Assembly: GCF_009914755.1 (NCBI RefSeq)
Contig: NC_060930.1
Length of the DNA stretch: 64,000 bases
Strand: one strand, 5' to 3'
Source: the human T2T-CHM13v2.0 reference genome, Homo sapiens
A program made the translations under genes and the position numbers. The notes beneath the pieces were generated by a model, which saw nothing but the letters and a program-made list of their open reading frames with translations, did no database searches and was not told the DNA's origin. Of this stretch, positions 34,433 through 51,187 are shown piece by piece (within the stretch, counting starts at the first letter, position 1; every line of letters starts with the position of its first letter).

Positions 34433-37400
34433 GTATGTGATTGAATAACTTTAATTTTTTTTTGTAGAAAGCATGGGGCTAAAAGTATTTTGACATAATT
34501 TATCCAAATTTAGCCTGGCTATAATTTCTGTAAGCCTTGAGTTAGTCAGAGGATGAGTAACAATAGAGAACATTTTTAAAAAACTAATTACGGTTGAATA
34601 TTAAGTCTGACCCAAGAATATGGGTTGTCTCTCTTATTTTGGTCTTTCAACAGTATTTTGTAGTTTTCAGAGCATGAATTTTACACTATTTATGTTAAAT
34701 TTTTTCCTAAGTATTCTTTTTGAGGTTACTGTGAATGGAATTGTTTCCTTAATTTCATTCTCATTTGGTCATTGCTACTGTATAGGAAAATAATTGACTT
34801 TTGTGTCTTGATTTTGTGTCCTGAAACCTTGCTGAACTTAATAGTTCTAATTGTTTTTTAGTAGATTCTTCAGGATTTTCTTTTCTTTTTGTATTTTCTC
34901 TGTGAAGATTCCAGAAGTATCTTTAGGATTTTCTATGTATGAGATTATTACTGCTTTGTTTCTACTCTTATATTTCATGAAATGTTATTAAAATCCATTG
35001 TGTATATCTTCAGAATTAAGAGTCTTTGACCACAGACATGTTTTGCATTATATTACACATTTTTCTAGAGTATACCATATTCATTACCATCTAACCTATT
35101 TGATTTGTGATACTTTTTCAATCCCTATATGATACTTTCACTGGAAATCTTATTCCAAGTATTTACTCTTATGACAGCAGGACAGAGTTTGTTTAGTTTT
35201 GAGTTTATACTTCTGACTAGATTCATATTTATGGTTCTAAGTTAATTTACAATTTAGCTAGGTCCTTCCACACAACTTAAATTATATGAATACCTTGGGA
35301 ATTGGATCACATCTTCAGGTAAACTATCAATTTGCGGGTTTAAATAAATAAAGAGCCAGGTGCCCATGGTGGCTCATGCCTGTGATCCCAGCTACTTGGG
35401 AGGCTGAAGTAGGAGGATTGATTGAGCTCTGGACTTTGAGAACAGCCTGGGCAACAAAGGGAGACCCTGTTTCTAAAAAACCATAATTAGCTGGGTGTGG
35501 TGGCACCCACTGGTAATCCCAGCTACTGGGAGGCTGAGGTGTGGGAGGAATTGCTTGAGCCTAGGAGTTTGGGCTTTGGTGAATTATGATTGCTTCACTG
35601 CACTCCAGCCTGGGTGACAGAGTAAGACCCTGTACCTAAAAAAATTTTTTTTATATTAAGTAAATTAAATTGAGTACCTAAAAGCCATTGATAAGTATAA
35701 GCAAGTACCTTTTGATGGGTTTTTTGTTTGCCTTGCTTTTCTTAGGATTCTTACAATATTTTTCTTGAATAAGAATGTCAATTGACATTATATTCGCATT
35801 GACAATTTGTGAATTTGATTCCATTAGCTTCCATTTAGGATGATGGCATCTTCCCACTGTGCTTTGTGTGTGATTATTTAAAATTTTTGTTATGAAATTT
35901 TTGAAATATTTAAAAGTATTTTAATAATTTACTTCCCCAGCTTCAGCAATTACCGCTATATGGCCAATCTGGTTTCATCTATGTCCTTATTTACTCCACT
36001 TTTCCTTCAGTGGATTAATTTGAAGCAAATCACAGCCAAATAATTTATATATTTCCAGCAGATTACATTTTAAAGAAAGTCTTGTGTTTACTAGCTACAG
36101 TGAAACTATCTTGAATATAAAGGATACTAGGTTCTGTTTGGTTTTGGTTCTACCTCCAAAACTGAGACCTTGGGTGGGTTAGTTAGCATTTCAGCCTCAG
36201 TTTACTCATCTGTAAATTGGGAGAACTGGACTAGAACTAGATCCTTGTGAGTTGCATGCAAAATTCTGTGTGAATGTGCTTTTATGTGAATTTTTTTGGG
36301 GAGAGGATTCACAGAGTATTAAATAGTTTTCCAAAAAGGTTAAGACCCATTAATATACAAGAAACTTTCTGGCTTTAAGAGTCTATTATTCCAATGCATA
36401 CTCTATATACAGAAAATAATAATAGTAATGTTACATTGTTTTAGGCAAAAGTCTATATAGCTTATATAAATAAAAGTTAAATCTTGGAAATGGTCTTTTT
36501 TTTTGGTGACAGTTACTTAGCTGGCTTCTTTGACCATTATTAACAGAAAGCATTTAAATAACACCTCTTGTTAGTAAGGTTCCAACGTTACATTTTCTTT
36601 TATTTGTCTGGAGACTGTTGACTAATCTATAATCTAAATTATATCTGAAATGTTGATGTAATATTTGTCCTCACAGTAGCTGGCATTTGTCCTTCAGTTA
36701 AATGGTGAGATAATAATCAGCAGTAGAAACTTTACCGTGGGAAAGGTGAACTCTTATCATGTGAAGTACAGTGTGGAATCAGTAACTTTCTCACGCTGGT
36801 ATGGTATCATGTTCTTGCTAACCTTGTTTGAGTATTCACCATTGTTTGCTATCCCATGGTGGCAGTATAACTAATGATATTTTGCAAAAATAGGAGAGAA
36901 CTTTCAGATCATGAAATATACAGGAAGTTGTTTACATATTACAAGGAAGGCAATATTTTCACCAAAACAATAGCTTGGGCATTTTAGAGTATTTTAGTAT
37001 GCCTCAGGCACTGACATTTTAGCCACCTTCTAATGAATGGGCTTGAAGCAGAACTGCTTCTACTATCAGGTAATGGTTGAGGGGGGATGTCTATTACACA
37101 TGTACTTTGTTTTGTGTAAAGTATGTTCTGGAAAGTTACATTCTTTTGGTGAGTACATGTAAGTATTTGGGGGATATTCATGATTTAAGGAGGCCTGAAA
37201 TGAATCTTTTTGATTAGGGAAAGAAATATTTTGCAGTGTAAATGATTAACCATTTCTTCCAGTTTACCTGTTTGGTGAGTTCATACCATAAATGTTACGA
37301 TGTTTGGTTTTATAAAAGAGTACCTGTAAGTTTTTAGTTTCTGTGTGGAAGATTTTTTCAGAGAGAATACAGATAGCCTTCTTGTATTAGAATTTTGTCA

Positions 37401-37797
37401 TATGTGGTTTGAAACTGTTCATTGGAGCTGAGGAATTTTGTTACGTTTGTTTTAACTAGATATGATTAACAAAATGACCATAGCAAGAGCATGCATTGAA
37501 ATGAGAGAAGTTACGTGTGTTTGTGTCTAGTTTGGGTAATATGATTCATTCTTAAGAATTCTTCAAACTTTATTATAATTTTTGGAAATAACAAGTTTGT
37601 CAGTTGATTAAACCAGTGTCTTGTTCATAGGCGACCTTACGCAATTATATAGCAGACCAAATGTTTGTGTTGTTAGTGTTCCTTTTCCACCCCTAAATTA
37701 TAGAAGGACTAAGAGTAACACTCCATACAGAAACTCAGTAACTAAATAACCATATTGCAACTCAGTAACAAGATAATGAATTATGCTGACTTTTTAG

Positions 37798-38019
<222 letters not shown>

Positions 38020-38223
38020 TGATTTTGGTTTTAATTGTTCAATTTAAGAAGTTCGTCGGGTGCAGTGGCTCACGCCTGTTATCCCAGCACTTAGGGAGGC
38101 CGAGGTGGGTGGATCGCCTGAGGTCAGGAGCTTGAGACAAGCCTGGCCAACGTGGTGAAACCCCATCTCTACTAAAAGTACAAAAAAATTAGCCAGGCGT
38201 GGTGGCACACACCTATAATCTCA

Positions 38224-38331
<108 letters not shown>

Positions 38332-38611
38332 CTAAAATAAAAATAAAAATAAAAAATTTTTTAAAAAATAAATAAATAATTTCAGCTAAGCTCTTGACCC
38401 CAGTCTAATCCAAAATAATTGTTGCAAATAAAATTCCTAAAATGTTACTATATGTTTTGGTAGAATTTTTAATTGTATAACTTTTTTAAAGATCCAGAGA
38501 TGTGAAAAAGTTAGATATGCGTACTCTTTTTTTAATACATAAATGAAAAACCACCTAATTTCTTGTTAATTAAATCAAAGTAAATACAGTTGATAAGTGT
38601 TTTCATTATAG

Positions 38612-38767
<156 letters not shown>

Positions 38768-39849
38768 TAGATAACTTTTGTCTTAATTTTAAATTATGAT
38801 ATAAGGAAAAATTTGTTAATACTATTATGAATTCTGCCAATTACTGTAATCTGGGGATAGTATAACAGCACTATAAATGTTTTTGTATGTGACCATTTGT
38901 TTGACAAGATCCATGTGTGGATGAAATGTTAGGAAAAGGAGGCCCAGTGCAGTGGCTCACACCTGTAATCCCAGTAGCTTAGGAGGTTGAAGCAGGAGGA
39001 TGGCTTGAGTCTAGAAGTTTGAGACTAGCCTGGACAACACAGTGAGGCTCTCTCTGTATGAAAAAATTAGCTGAGCATGGTGGCTTGTGCCTGTATTCCC
39101 AGCTACTCAGGAGGCTGAGTCAGGAGGATCACTTGAGCCTAGGAGTTTGTGGCCGCAATAAGCTATGTATGATAGCACCACTGCACTCCAGCCTGGGATA
39201 CAGGGCAAGACCCGGTCTCTGAAGGAAAAAAAAAGGGTAGGGGGAAAGGATAGTTATTAATATGACAGCTCTGATAATTGGATTGCCTTGTAGGGGTTTA
39301 CAAGACTTGGAAATAGGCTTTTTAGAAGAAAAATGTTTAGATAATGAGTTCGAGGTATGAAAGGAATTTGAATATTCCAGGAGAGTATGGCATAAGGAAA
39401 CCAATAAAAATATGGATGAAGAGTAAAGATGAATGAGAAGAATTATGCCTATAATAAGTACTAGTTTTTAATAGAATGGTAGTATACATCAGAAGAAGAA
39501 GCAACTGATGTTTTGTAAGCATTATGGAAGATTATTATTTCTGTATGAATTATGGGTCATTGAATGTTAAGTACTGATGATAAAATTGAGGCCTAGAGAA
39601 GTTAATTGACTTGCTGAAGGTCACAGTAACATTTGGACTCATTTTGAATTGCCTTGAAGACAGGAAGAAGAGAAATAGATGGTAGGATTTTTATTAGGCA
39701 AAATTAGGAAAGGTTGACTGGATAGAAATAAAGCAGCTCTTTAAAAATATTGTAGATTGAAGAGCAGGATTTGTGACACTCATATCTGATTAGGTTAAAA
39801 ATTAAATCAAGGATTAGTTAAAATAAACTGCTAAAGTTAAATATCAAGA

Positions 39850-41060
39850 CAAATAACTATATATCATGTTGGTAATATAACCACAGGTGGAACACATTAT
39901 CCTTGTAACCCTCTGCGATACATGGTAAAAATTAAAATAACTGCGAAGAAATCCCAAACTTTATTACATTTGTTGTTTGAACTTTATTATATTTGTTGAC
40001 AGTGGTATTAGTGTAATTTTGAAAAAAAAAAAAAAAGTTGTGTATATTTTAGGACTGAGCAAATGAATAACATGTTGAAGTATTACATTTCCTAGCACTG
40101 CCCCTAAACAGGTAGAAACAAACTACACCTCTGTAGAAAGGAGCACACCGTGTATCCAGTTCTTGGTTTATAAACACTATTCTTCACTAAAGTTCCATGG
40201 AGAAATTGCTGATTCCAGGTCAGGGGCAGGGAAACTTTGGGTGATCATGGATTATCTTTTGACAGAAAATAAGGAAGTACTCAAAAACGGGTGGACATGT
40301 TGAAAGAACACATGTCATCTTGGAAGGATTCTCACAGACTACAGTTGGGAAAATTTGAGCATCAAAATGAATAACGTCAAGAATGGATTATAATACATTG
40401 AATAAAAAAGGATATATGAGTCTATACTGATAAATTTTCTTTTAAATTGGGGTAGGAAAAGTTTTTATTTACAGAATAATGCTAACTACTACTTGTAGAA
40501 GGAATTACATAAGTGAAAAAAAATTGGTTTTCCATCCACCGTAGAAGTAATAGATATAAGCCGGAAACATCAATCATCAATGGAATTAAACTTAGGTAAA
40601 AAGTTGTTGGAGGACAGGGTATTGACACAGTCTCAAATATTTTGCTCTACAGATCATTAGTTAATTACTAAGGGAAAAAGTTATCTTTACAAGGCAGAAA
40701 TCTGATAGATAGCATCTTAATCAAATGATCAAATTTAACATCTCCAGTATCATGACAAATTGGCGTGTGCTTCTTGATGATATACTGAGGATACATACTT
40801 ATATAGTATTCTTATACTATACTTATATAGTATTCCTGCCAAAAATGTTTAGTTTGAATCTAATCATGGAGACAGAAATAAAAAATTAAGGACAGTGTAC
40901 AAAATAATTGATCTGGACTTTGTAAAAATGTCAGTGTTACATAAAAAGACACGACCTCACAAAACAAATGTATTGCAAAAATCTTTAATAATCTAGGTGG
41001 AAGATATATACGTATTGTACTTTTGTTGTAATTCTGAAGGATTGAAATCTTGGAAATGTT
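39850..41060 (+). mobile_element. Old L1M 3' fragments in GMNN intron 4
   Basis: attcctgccaaaaatgtttagtttgaatctaatcatgg and related L1MC/ME motifs. Confidence 0.55.
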
Positions 41061-41209
41061 GGGGAAAATAGAATAATATTGATTTTATTTTTTAACTTTA
41101 ATCTTTTAAAAATGAGTATTACTAAACAATATGGGGGTACTAAGATTGGAAATTTTTTTGAAACAAATTACTGGGTTTTGACAGTAATGATTTTTAAAGT
41201 TATATTTAA

Positions 41210-41335
<126 letters not shown>

Positions 41336-41540
41336 TAAAAATTCCAGGATTGTTTTGCTGCTTAGCATATTTTATTAGAGCAATATGGGCTAGCTTTAGT
41401 ATTGGCTTAAGAAAAGTTTAAGTAAAAAGGCAGCTCTTGACAATTATACAAAATGAATCCCGTTGTGTTGAGAGTCAATTCTATGCTGCATGTCCTCCAT
41501 GTTATATACTTGGAGGTATGTAATTTGATTTATAGCATAG

Positions 41541-41747
<207 letters not shown>

Positions 41748-42770
41748 TAGTGTAGTGTGATCACTTTGAAGTGTTAGGGCTCTGGAATCAGATTTCCTGG
41801 ATTTAAGACTTAACTTCCTTCCTAACACCATTAAGTTTGCTGGGTAGAGTGGGTTTATCCGGTCAGGGCTTCATCTTCCTCATCCACAAAATGAGAGTAA
41901 TGATGCCTACCTTATAGACTTGTTATGAGAATTAAATGAGTTACAATAGATGGACAGTTGCAAGGAGTACTTGCACAGAGTGAAAGTTCAGTAACTTAAT
42001 TATTGTTATGAAGCAAAAGACCATATTTTTTGGTAGAGTTATTAAAAGGAATTATCCCTGGAAAATATGTATAGCAAATTATTTCATAGTTGACACATTT
42101 TAGATAGTTTTAATTTTAATACCAGCTTGACATTACTGTCATTTATAAAATTGATAATTTGTACAATAAATGAGTTTTGTGGTTTTATCTGACTTTAAAA
42201 CATTTTGTAAGTAGCTAATATGTTTGTAAGAATTAGCCTGGTGTTGCTTTATCAGACTTGACCTTAAAAAGGTTTTAAGATTTATTTATTCATGTTTGCA
42301 AAAAGTTTTTCTTGCTGATAGGAAGAAAGTTTTTCAAATCAAAACTTCATGTAACTGAATTGTGACCTTTTACATTTGAGATCCATGATAGAATTAATAT
42401 TTGAAGTTTTCATTTGGAGATACTGTGGTAGCTGTCTTAACTGCCTTAAAAGAATTAGTCCACAGCTGATTGGAAATGTAGAACACCTAGTTGTCCTTGC
42501 AGCTGATTGGGGAAGTACCTGTTTATACTCTGAAATAATTTCAGTGCTTTTTAAAAAAAAAAGACAAATTATTAAACACTTTGACTTTGCTGACTATGAT
42601 CTAGCATGGTAGAGACTTTGATATAATACTGTTTATAAATGAATTTATTGAGGGGCAAGATGAAAAAAATCTCATAGCTATATCAGTATGCTATACGGGT
42701 CAGCTATATCAGTATGCTGATCAGCTTAGGTTTTAACATTTTTACAATAAATTATTGGTTTATTCTTTAA

Positions 42771-42935
<165 letters not shown>

Positions 42936-43070
42936 AATGCATTAATATTTGACTGTTGAGAATTTTACTGCCGAAGTTTACCTCCACTAGTTCTTTGTAG
43001 CAGAGTACATAACTACATAATGCCAACTCTGGAATCAAATTTCCTTGTTTGAATCCTGGGACCCTATTGC

Positions 43071-43168
43071 ATTAAAGTACAAATACTATGTATTTTTAAT
43101 CTATGATGGTTTATGTGAATAGGATTTTCTCAGTTGTCAGCCATGACTTATGTTTATTACTAAATAAA
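43071..43168 (+). terminator. GMNN: GMNN polyadenylation signals
   Basis: ATTAAA 43071-43076 and AATAAA 43163-43168, with GT/T-rich sequence downstream (~43235-43280). Confidence 0.75.
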
Positions 43169-43843
43169 CTTCAAACTCCTGTTGAACATTGTGTATAACT
43201 TAGAATAATGAAATATAAGGAGTATGTGTAGAAAATTTGTCTGTTTCTATGCTTTTATGTTGTTCTCTTTCCATTCTTTTGCTAACTACCTTGGAGGAGA
43301 CAAGGAGAAAACGAACTTAAAGTATTTAGACTGAGATAGCTGAGGTTTTTAACTCCCAAACTTTGTTGTACCTCAAGCTCATTGTAGACACTATTGATAT
43401 TAACAAGTTGTTTTTGGAATGGAGCATGAGAATCTATTTTCCAAAAGCTTTTCAAGTGAATCTGATTAGACAGTGAGAGGCCCAACTGGCTAGCAGGATC
43501 AGACTCTTCTTGGAAGCTTAAAATGATGGATGATGGTGATAATCCTCAAGAAACAAAGTGAGGAGTGGGTAGAAGTTTGACGGAAAAAATCAGGAATAGC
43601 TGAAAATTATGGAGCTTTTCTATTTCACATATTGGTATAGTGCAAAGTATGTAAATATTGAAGAATAAGAGTAGGGTCAGATTCATTAGGGATTTCCCAT
43701 ATATACTAAGTTTTGAAGGAGGAAAAGTACAAACTAGGGGTATGTAGCATTGGAACTGAAAAAGTTCTGTGAGAGGCATACAAGTAGTTTTGTATAAATT
43801 GGCAATAAAGAGCAATGTCATGCTTTTATTTTTTTTCCTTTGA

Positions 43844-43945
<102 letters not shown>

Positions 43946-44163
43946 TGAGTAGCTGCGATTACAGGTGCCTGCCACCACACCTGGCTAGTTTTTGTATTTT
44001 TAGTAGAGCCGGGGTTTCACCATGTTGGCCAGGCTGGTCTCGAACTCCTGACCCCAAGTGATCCGCCCACCTCAGCCTCCCAAAGTGCTGGGATGACAGG
44101 TGTGAGGCACCACGCCTGGCCTCAAGCTTTTGAAAGGATTGTTTTAGGTAAGCATCCTTATAG

Positions 44164-44358
<195 letters not shown>

Positions 44359-44554
44359 TGAATTCCTGGCATCAAGCGATCCGCCTGCTTCGGCCTCCAG
44401 AGTGTTGGGATTACAGGCGTGAGCCACCGTGCCTGGCCTTAATTTTCTTTAATACTGAGATAAAGCCTACCTCATAGTGTTATCGTGAAGATTAAAACCT
44501 TTAGTGTCTAGGCTAAGTGTCTTAAAAATGGAAGCTATTATTAATCTATAACAA

Positions 44555-44720
44555 CATTGTCCAGTAGAACTTATTGGGATGATGAGAATATCTGCTGTAC
44601 AGTATGGTAGCCATTTCTGTGTGGCTGTTTAGCACTTGAAGTGTGGCTAGTGTGAATGAGGTATGGACATTTTAATTTAAGTCACTACAAGAAGCTAGTG
44701 GCAATTACGTTAGTGTGGCT
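44555..44720. mobile_element. MER3-like hAT MITE
   Basis: tgtccagtagaact..gatgatg..tatggtagcca..gcacttgaagtgtggctagtg. Confidence 0.65.
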
Positions 44721-44974
44721 CTGTGTGTTTCAGGTGTGGATCACTAGCCTAAAGATAGGATTAATAGGTAAATTAATTTTAAAGGAATTGAAGAATATTC
44801 TGGATTAGAGCATGAGGAGACTCAGTTGAGAGGCCTTTAGCATGGTTAAGAAAGAAAATAGGTAAGTAGAATAGGGACTTGACAAATAGAAAGTATTTTT
44901 GTAAAATGCCAGAATTTGATGGTGGGGAGCAAAAGGAGAGGGAATTGAAGGGGATTAAAAAACTAAGGTAGTAG

Positions 44975-45790
44975 CTAAAACCATAAAACTTCTAGATTAT
45001 ATAGAAAAGTTCTTAGTGACTTTGGGTTTGGCAGAGAGTTCTCAAATAGGACACAAAAAAGCATCAACTTCAAATTAAACGTTGTAAATTTTAAAAACTT
45101 TTTGAAAGACAAGCAAATGAAAAGGCAAGAACAGACTGGGGGAACATATTTGCAGAACATAGCCAACAAAGGATTTGTATCTATAAAGAACTAGGGTATG
45201 TATGAGATGGAAACTAAGTGCATGAAAAGATGCTCAACATTAGTCATTAAGGAAGTGCAAATTAAATGACAACCAGATACTGCTACATACCTTTCAGAAT
45301 TGTTTTAAGTTTGAAAAATAAAAACAACTCCATCGAGTGTTAAGGATGTGAAACATCTGAAACCCTCCTGCAGTGGTGGTGGCAGTGCTAAATGCTACAA
45401 CTGCTGTGGAAAAGTTGAACAATTCCTTAAAAGTTATACATACACATTTTATATGACTCAGCCATTCCACCCCTGGGTATTTACCCAAGAGAAACGAAAG
45501 CATATGTCCACATGAAGACTAGTTCACACATTTTCATAGCTTTATTTGTAATAGCCCAAATATCCATTGGTAACTGAGTGGATAAATTATGGTATAACTA
45601 TACAGTGGAATACTATTTAGCGATAAAAAGGGGACAAAAATTGGTACACGCCACATGGACGAATCTCAATGTTGTGTGAAAGAAGCCAGGTAAATACATA
45701 CTGTATGCTTCTATTTATTTAAAATCACAAAACTACAAAGTATAATGAGAAAGCAGATTAGTAGTTGCCTAAGGGTCATGTAGGGGCTGT
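44975..45790 (+). mobile_element. Old L1M ORF2/3' UTR fragment
   Basis: catgaaaagatgctcaacattagtcattaaggaagtgcaaattaaa; ccattccacccctgggtatttacccaagagaaa. Confidence 0.75.
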
Positions 45791-46568
45791 TTTGGGGGAC
45801 ATATTTTAAGCTTCTAGTCCCTGGGAACTGACCCTAGTGATGGAGAATTTGTAGGAATTTCCTGTGGAAGATGAGTCTGATTTTTAATTAGGTATCAAAT
45901 GTTAGTATAGCATGTCAGCCGGGTGTGATGGCTACGCCTGTAATCCCTACACTTTGGGAGGCTGAGGCAGGCAGATCACTTGAGGACAGGAGTTCAACAT
46001 CAGCCTGGCTAACATGGCAAAATGCTTTGTCTACTAAAAATACAAAAGATTAGTTGGGCGTGGTGGTGCACACCTGTAGTCACAGCTCTTCGGGAGGCTG
46101 AGGCACACAAGAATTGCTTGAATCTGGGAGGCAGAAGTTGCAGTGAGCATAGATTGCGCCACTGCACTCCAGCCTGGGCAACAGAGTGAGGCTCTGTCTC
46201 AACAAAACAAAAAACATGTCAATGAAAATACCTTGGAGAAGGGGTCAGGGAGTCAATCAAGCCTGGCCCATTAGAACAAGTTCTTTGAAGTTGGTTTAAT
46301 AAAATGCAGTCGAGCTTCGTTAAGGAAATGGCAAATGGATAAGAATCAGTTGGAAAAACAGTATGCATGAAGCCTGGATTAGACTGAACTAATTTGTCAA
46401 TATATTTTACAAGGCTAGCATAACTGATATCAAGATTTGAGGATGGACCAGCCAGGTGTGGTGGCTTATGCCTGTAATCCCAGCACTTTGGGAGGCCCAG
46501 GTGGGCAGATCACCTGAGGTCAGGAATTCAGGACCAGCCTGACAAACATGGTGAAAACCTGTCTACTA

Positions 46569-46844
<276 letters not shown>

Positions 46845-48346
46845 CTAATCTACTAAAAGATAAAACGATGACCAAGTTAGGTTTTATCTCAGGAATGCAA
46901 GACTGCTATAATATTAGTAAACATGAAGTTCTTTATATTAAAGGGGAAAAAGCATATCATCTTAATAGATGGTAAAATAGCATTGATAAAATTCAACACC
47001 CTTTCTGGTAAAAACCCTTGGTAAGCTAGGAAAAGAAAAGAATTTTAACCTGAAATAAACTATGCTACCCATGCTTAACATAATGCTTAATGGTGAAGCT
47101 TTGGAATTAGTTTCAAGGTCAAGAGCTAGAAAAGGATGGACCACAATTATTTCCAATTCTTTTGGAGGTGGATGCAATGAGACCAAATAAAGGATAATTA
47201 TAGGAAGGGAAGAGAAAAGCTAATCCAAGAGCAGATAGAAATGAATTTTAAGACTACACCATGGGTAAGATATCTCCCCCAAATAAACTGACGTGTTATT
47301 AGAAGAAAGAATAAATTCTAGTGAGCCAAAACGCAACAAACGTCCACCACACTGCCTTACGGCCCTCGTACTTTTGGTTTGTTTAGAAAACTTCCTTGCC
47401 TATCCCACACCCTTCAAGATATTTCAGTTGACTTTTAGGTTGTAACTAATTAGGTTGTTAGGTCAACCAAGAAGGATAAGAATTGGTGTATACATATCTG
47501 AGCTCCTTGGGACCTCTGGATGAAATAATTCTTAAGGCATGTGTGTTGTGTGTTTACCAGATGGTTCCCCAGCAGGATTAAGCTTCCGTTTACCTACAGT
47601 GGCAGCTTTCTTCATAATACATCTTTTATTGGCTTTCTTCCCTTCCCTATTGCTAGTTCCCGAGATCACCTCCCAAATAATATCTTTCAAATCCTTAAGC
47701 AAATCCTCTGATTTGCTTCTAGCAAAACTCAAAAGTTGGGAGAGATGAACTTAGGAGGGACAGCAAAGGAAAACAAAATCACTGTTGTTAAAGCTTTGGT
47801 AAGCCAGCTTAAAATTCAAGGTTTACAGTAAAAATGCCTCAGCTCGAATCTGAACCTTGTATCTTACCTCCTTCAACTTAAAGAGGTTCCAGAGACCAAA
47901 AAGGAATTTGAATAGAACATATTATTAGACTACCTTATAAGCTAATCTTCTGTAGATAAAATGTTAACCAAAATTTCTGTAAACATTGTCACAGAGAGGC
48001 CTTCAGCAATTTCTGGTTAAACATGTTAATTGAACAGAGCCATTTAATTTCTGTCTTTCCCAAACATTATTAAAATGACAGTAAGCTGTAAAAAACATCA
48101 TAATCCCGTGCTGACCAAGCAGAGTCAACAGAAGTTGAGGCAAAAGTCACAATGCAGGGAACAGAATAAAACAAAAGCAAACGATGTAAGTATGGCTAAG
48201 CAATTCCATTTCTAGAAATTTATTCAACAGATATGCTCACACATGTGAAATTACACATATTTAAGGTTATTCATTACAACTTTGAACTATCAAAATATTG
48301 GAAATAACTTAAATGTTCATCAGTATAGGACTGGTTGTATAAATTA

Positions 48347-50043
<1,697 letters not shown>

Positions 50044-51025
50044 TATAGTACAGTCATACAATGAAATACTCTGAAGCAATGGAAAAGAATCAAACTCTTT
50101 AAGATGTAGAACAAAGTGTGAAATAAATTATGTATGTATAGAATGCTACTATATGTTAAAACAAGGACGACGTAAGGGATAGATGTATATTTTCTTATAT
50201 ATAGAAAGAATACTTCTGGAAAGATACAGAAGAAGCTACTTCTTTTCTTTTTATCCTTACATGAATTGATACATTTTAATTGGTTGCATATATGCTTCTT
50301 TTCCATATCTAATGTTTTCTTCCTGGAGTAGGAATCTCCAATAGCTGCAACACTCCTGGTTTTAGTGGAGATGAGGGACTTACCTGATTAGTGACTTTGG
50401 GAAGAATAGCCCTCAGGTGCTTGCCTCAGCTCTTCCCTTCTTCTTCTGGGGAGTGAGGGCTTGCACAGAGCACTGATGTTCTCAGCTGCTTCTCTTGGTT
50501 CAGGGACAGGCTGAAGTCAAATTACTAATCAAGTGAAGAATAAAGACATCACTGGACATGCAAATGCTCAAAACATTTACCTCCCCTTCATTCTTTCTCT
50601 GGAAACTACTGAAAAATTTTGAAATTAAAATGTTGGAATGAACCAGGAAAAGGGAAGAGAGAGTATACAGGAAACAGAGGCTTCAAGATGAGAGGGGTAA
50701 TGGGGGGTCCTGGATGTTGAAGGGAACCCCTAAAATACTGTATTTGTTAGCTAAGGGCAGGCCCAGATTGGAGCAAGAGGATGGTGGAGCCGGAGCTGAC
50801 AGTTACTCAGTGCATGATTGTGTTGAGAGATGTTAGACATATAGAGGAAAGTGTGGGAATAAAGTAGTGATAGGTATTCAGAAAACTAAGTAAAAAAACA
50901 AACTCCAGCCGGGCGTGGTGGCTCACGCCTGTAATCCCAGCACTTTGGGAGGCGGAGGTAGGTGGATCACGAGGTCAGGAGTTTGAGATCAGCCTGGCCA
51001 ATATGATGAAACCCCATCTCTATTA

Positions 51026-51187
<162 letters not shown>

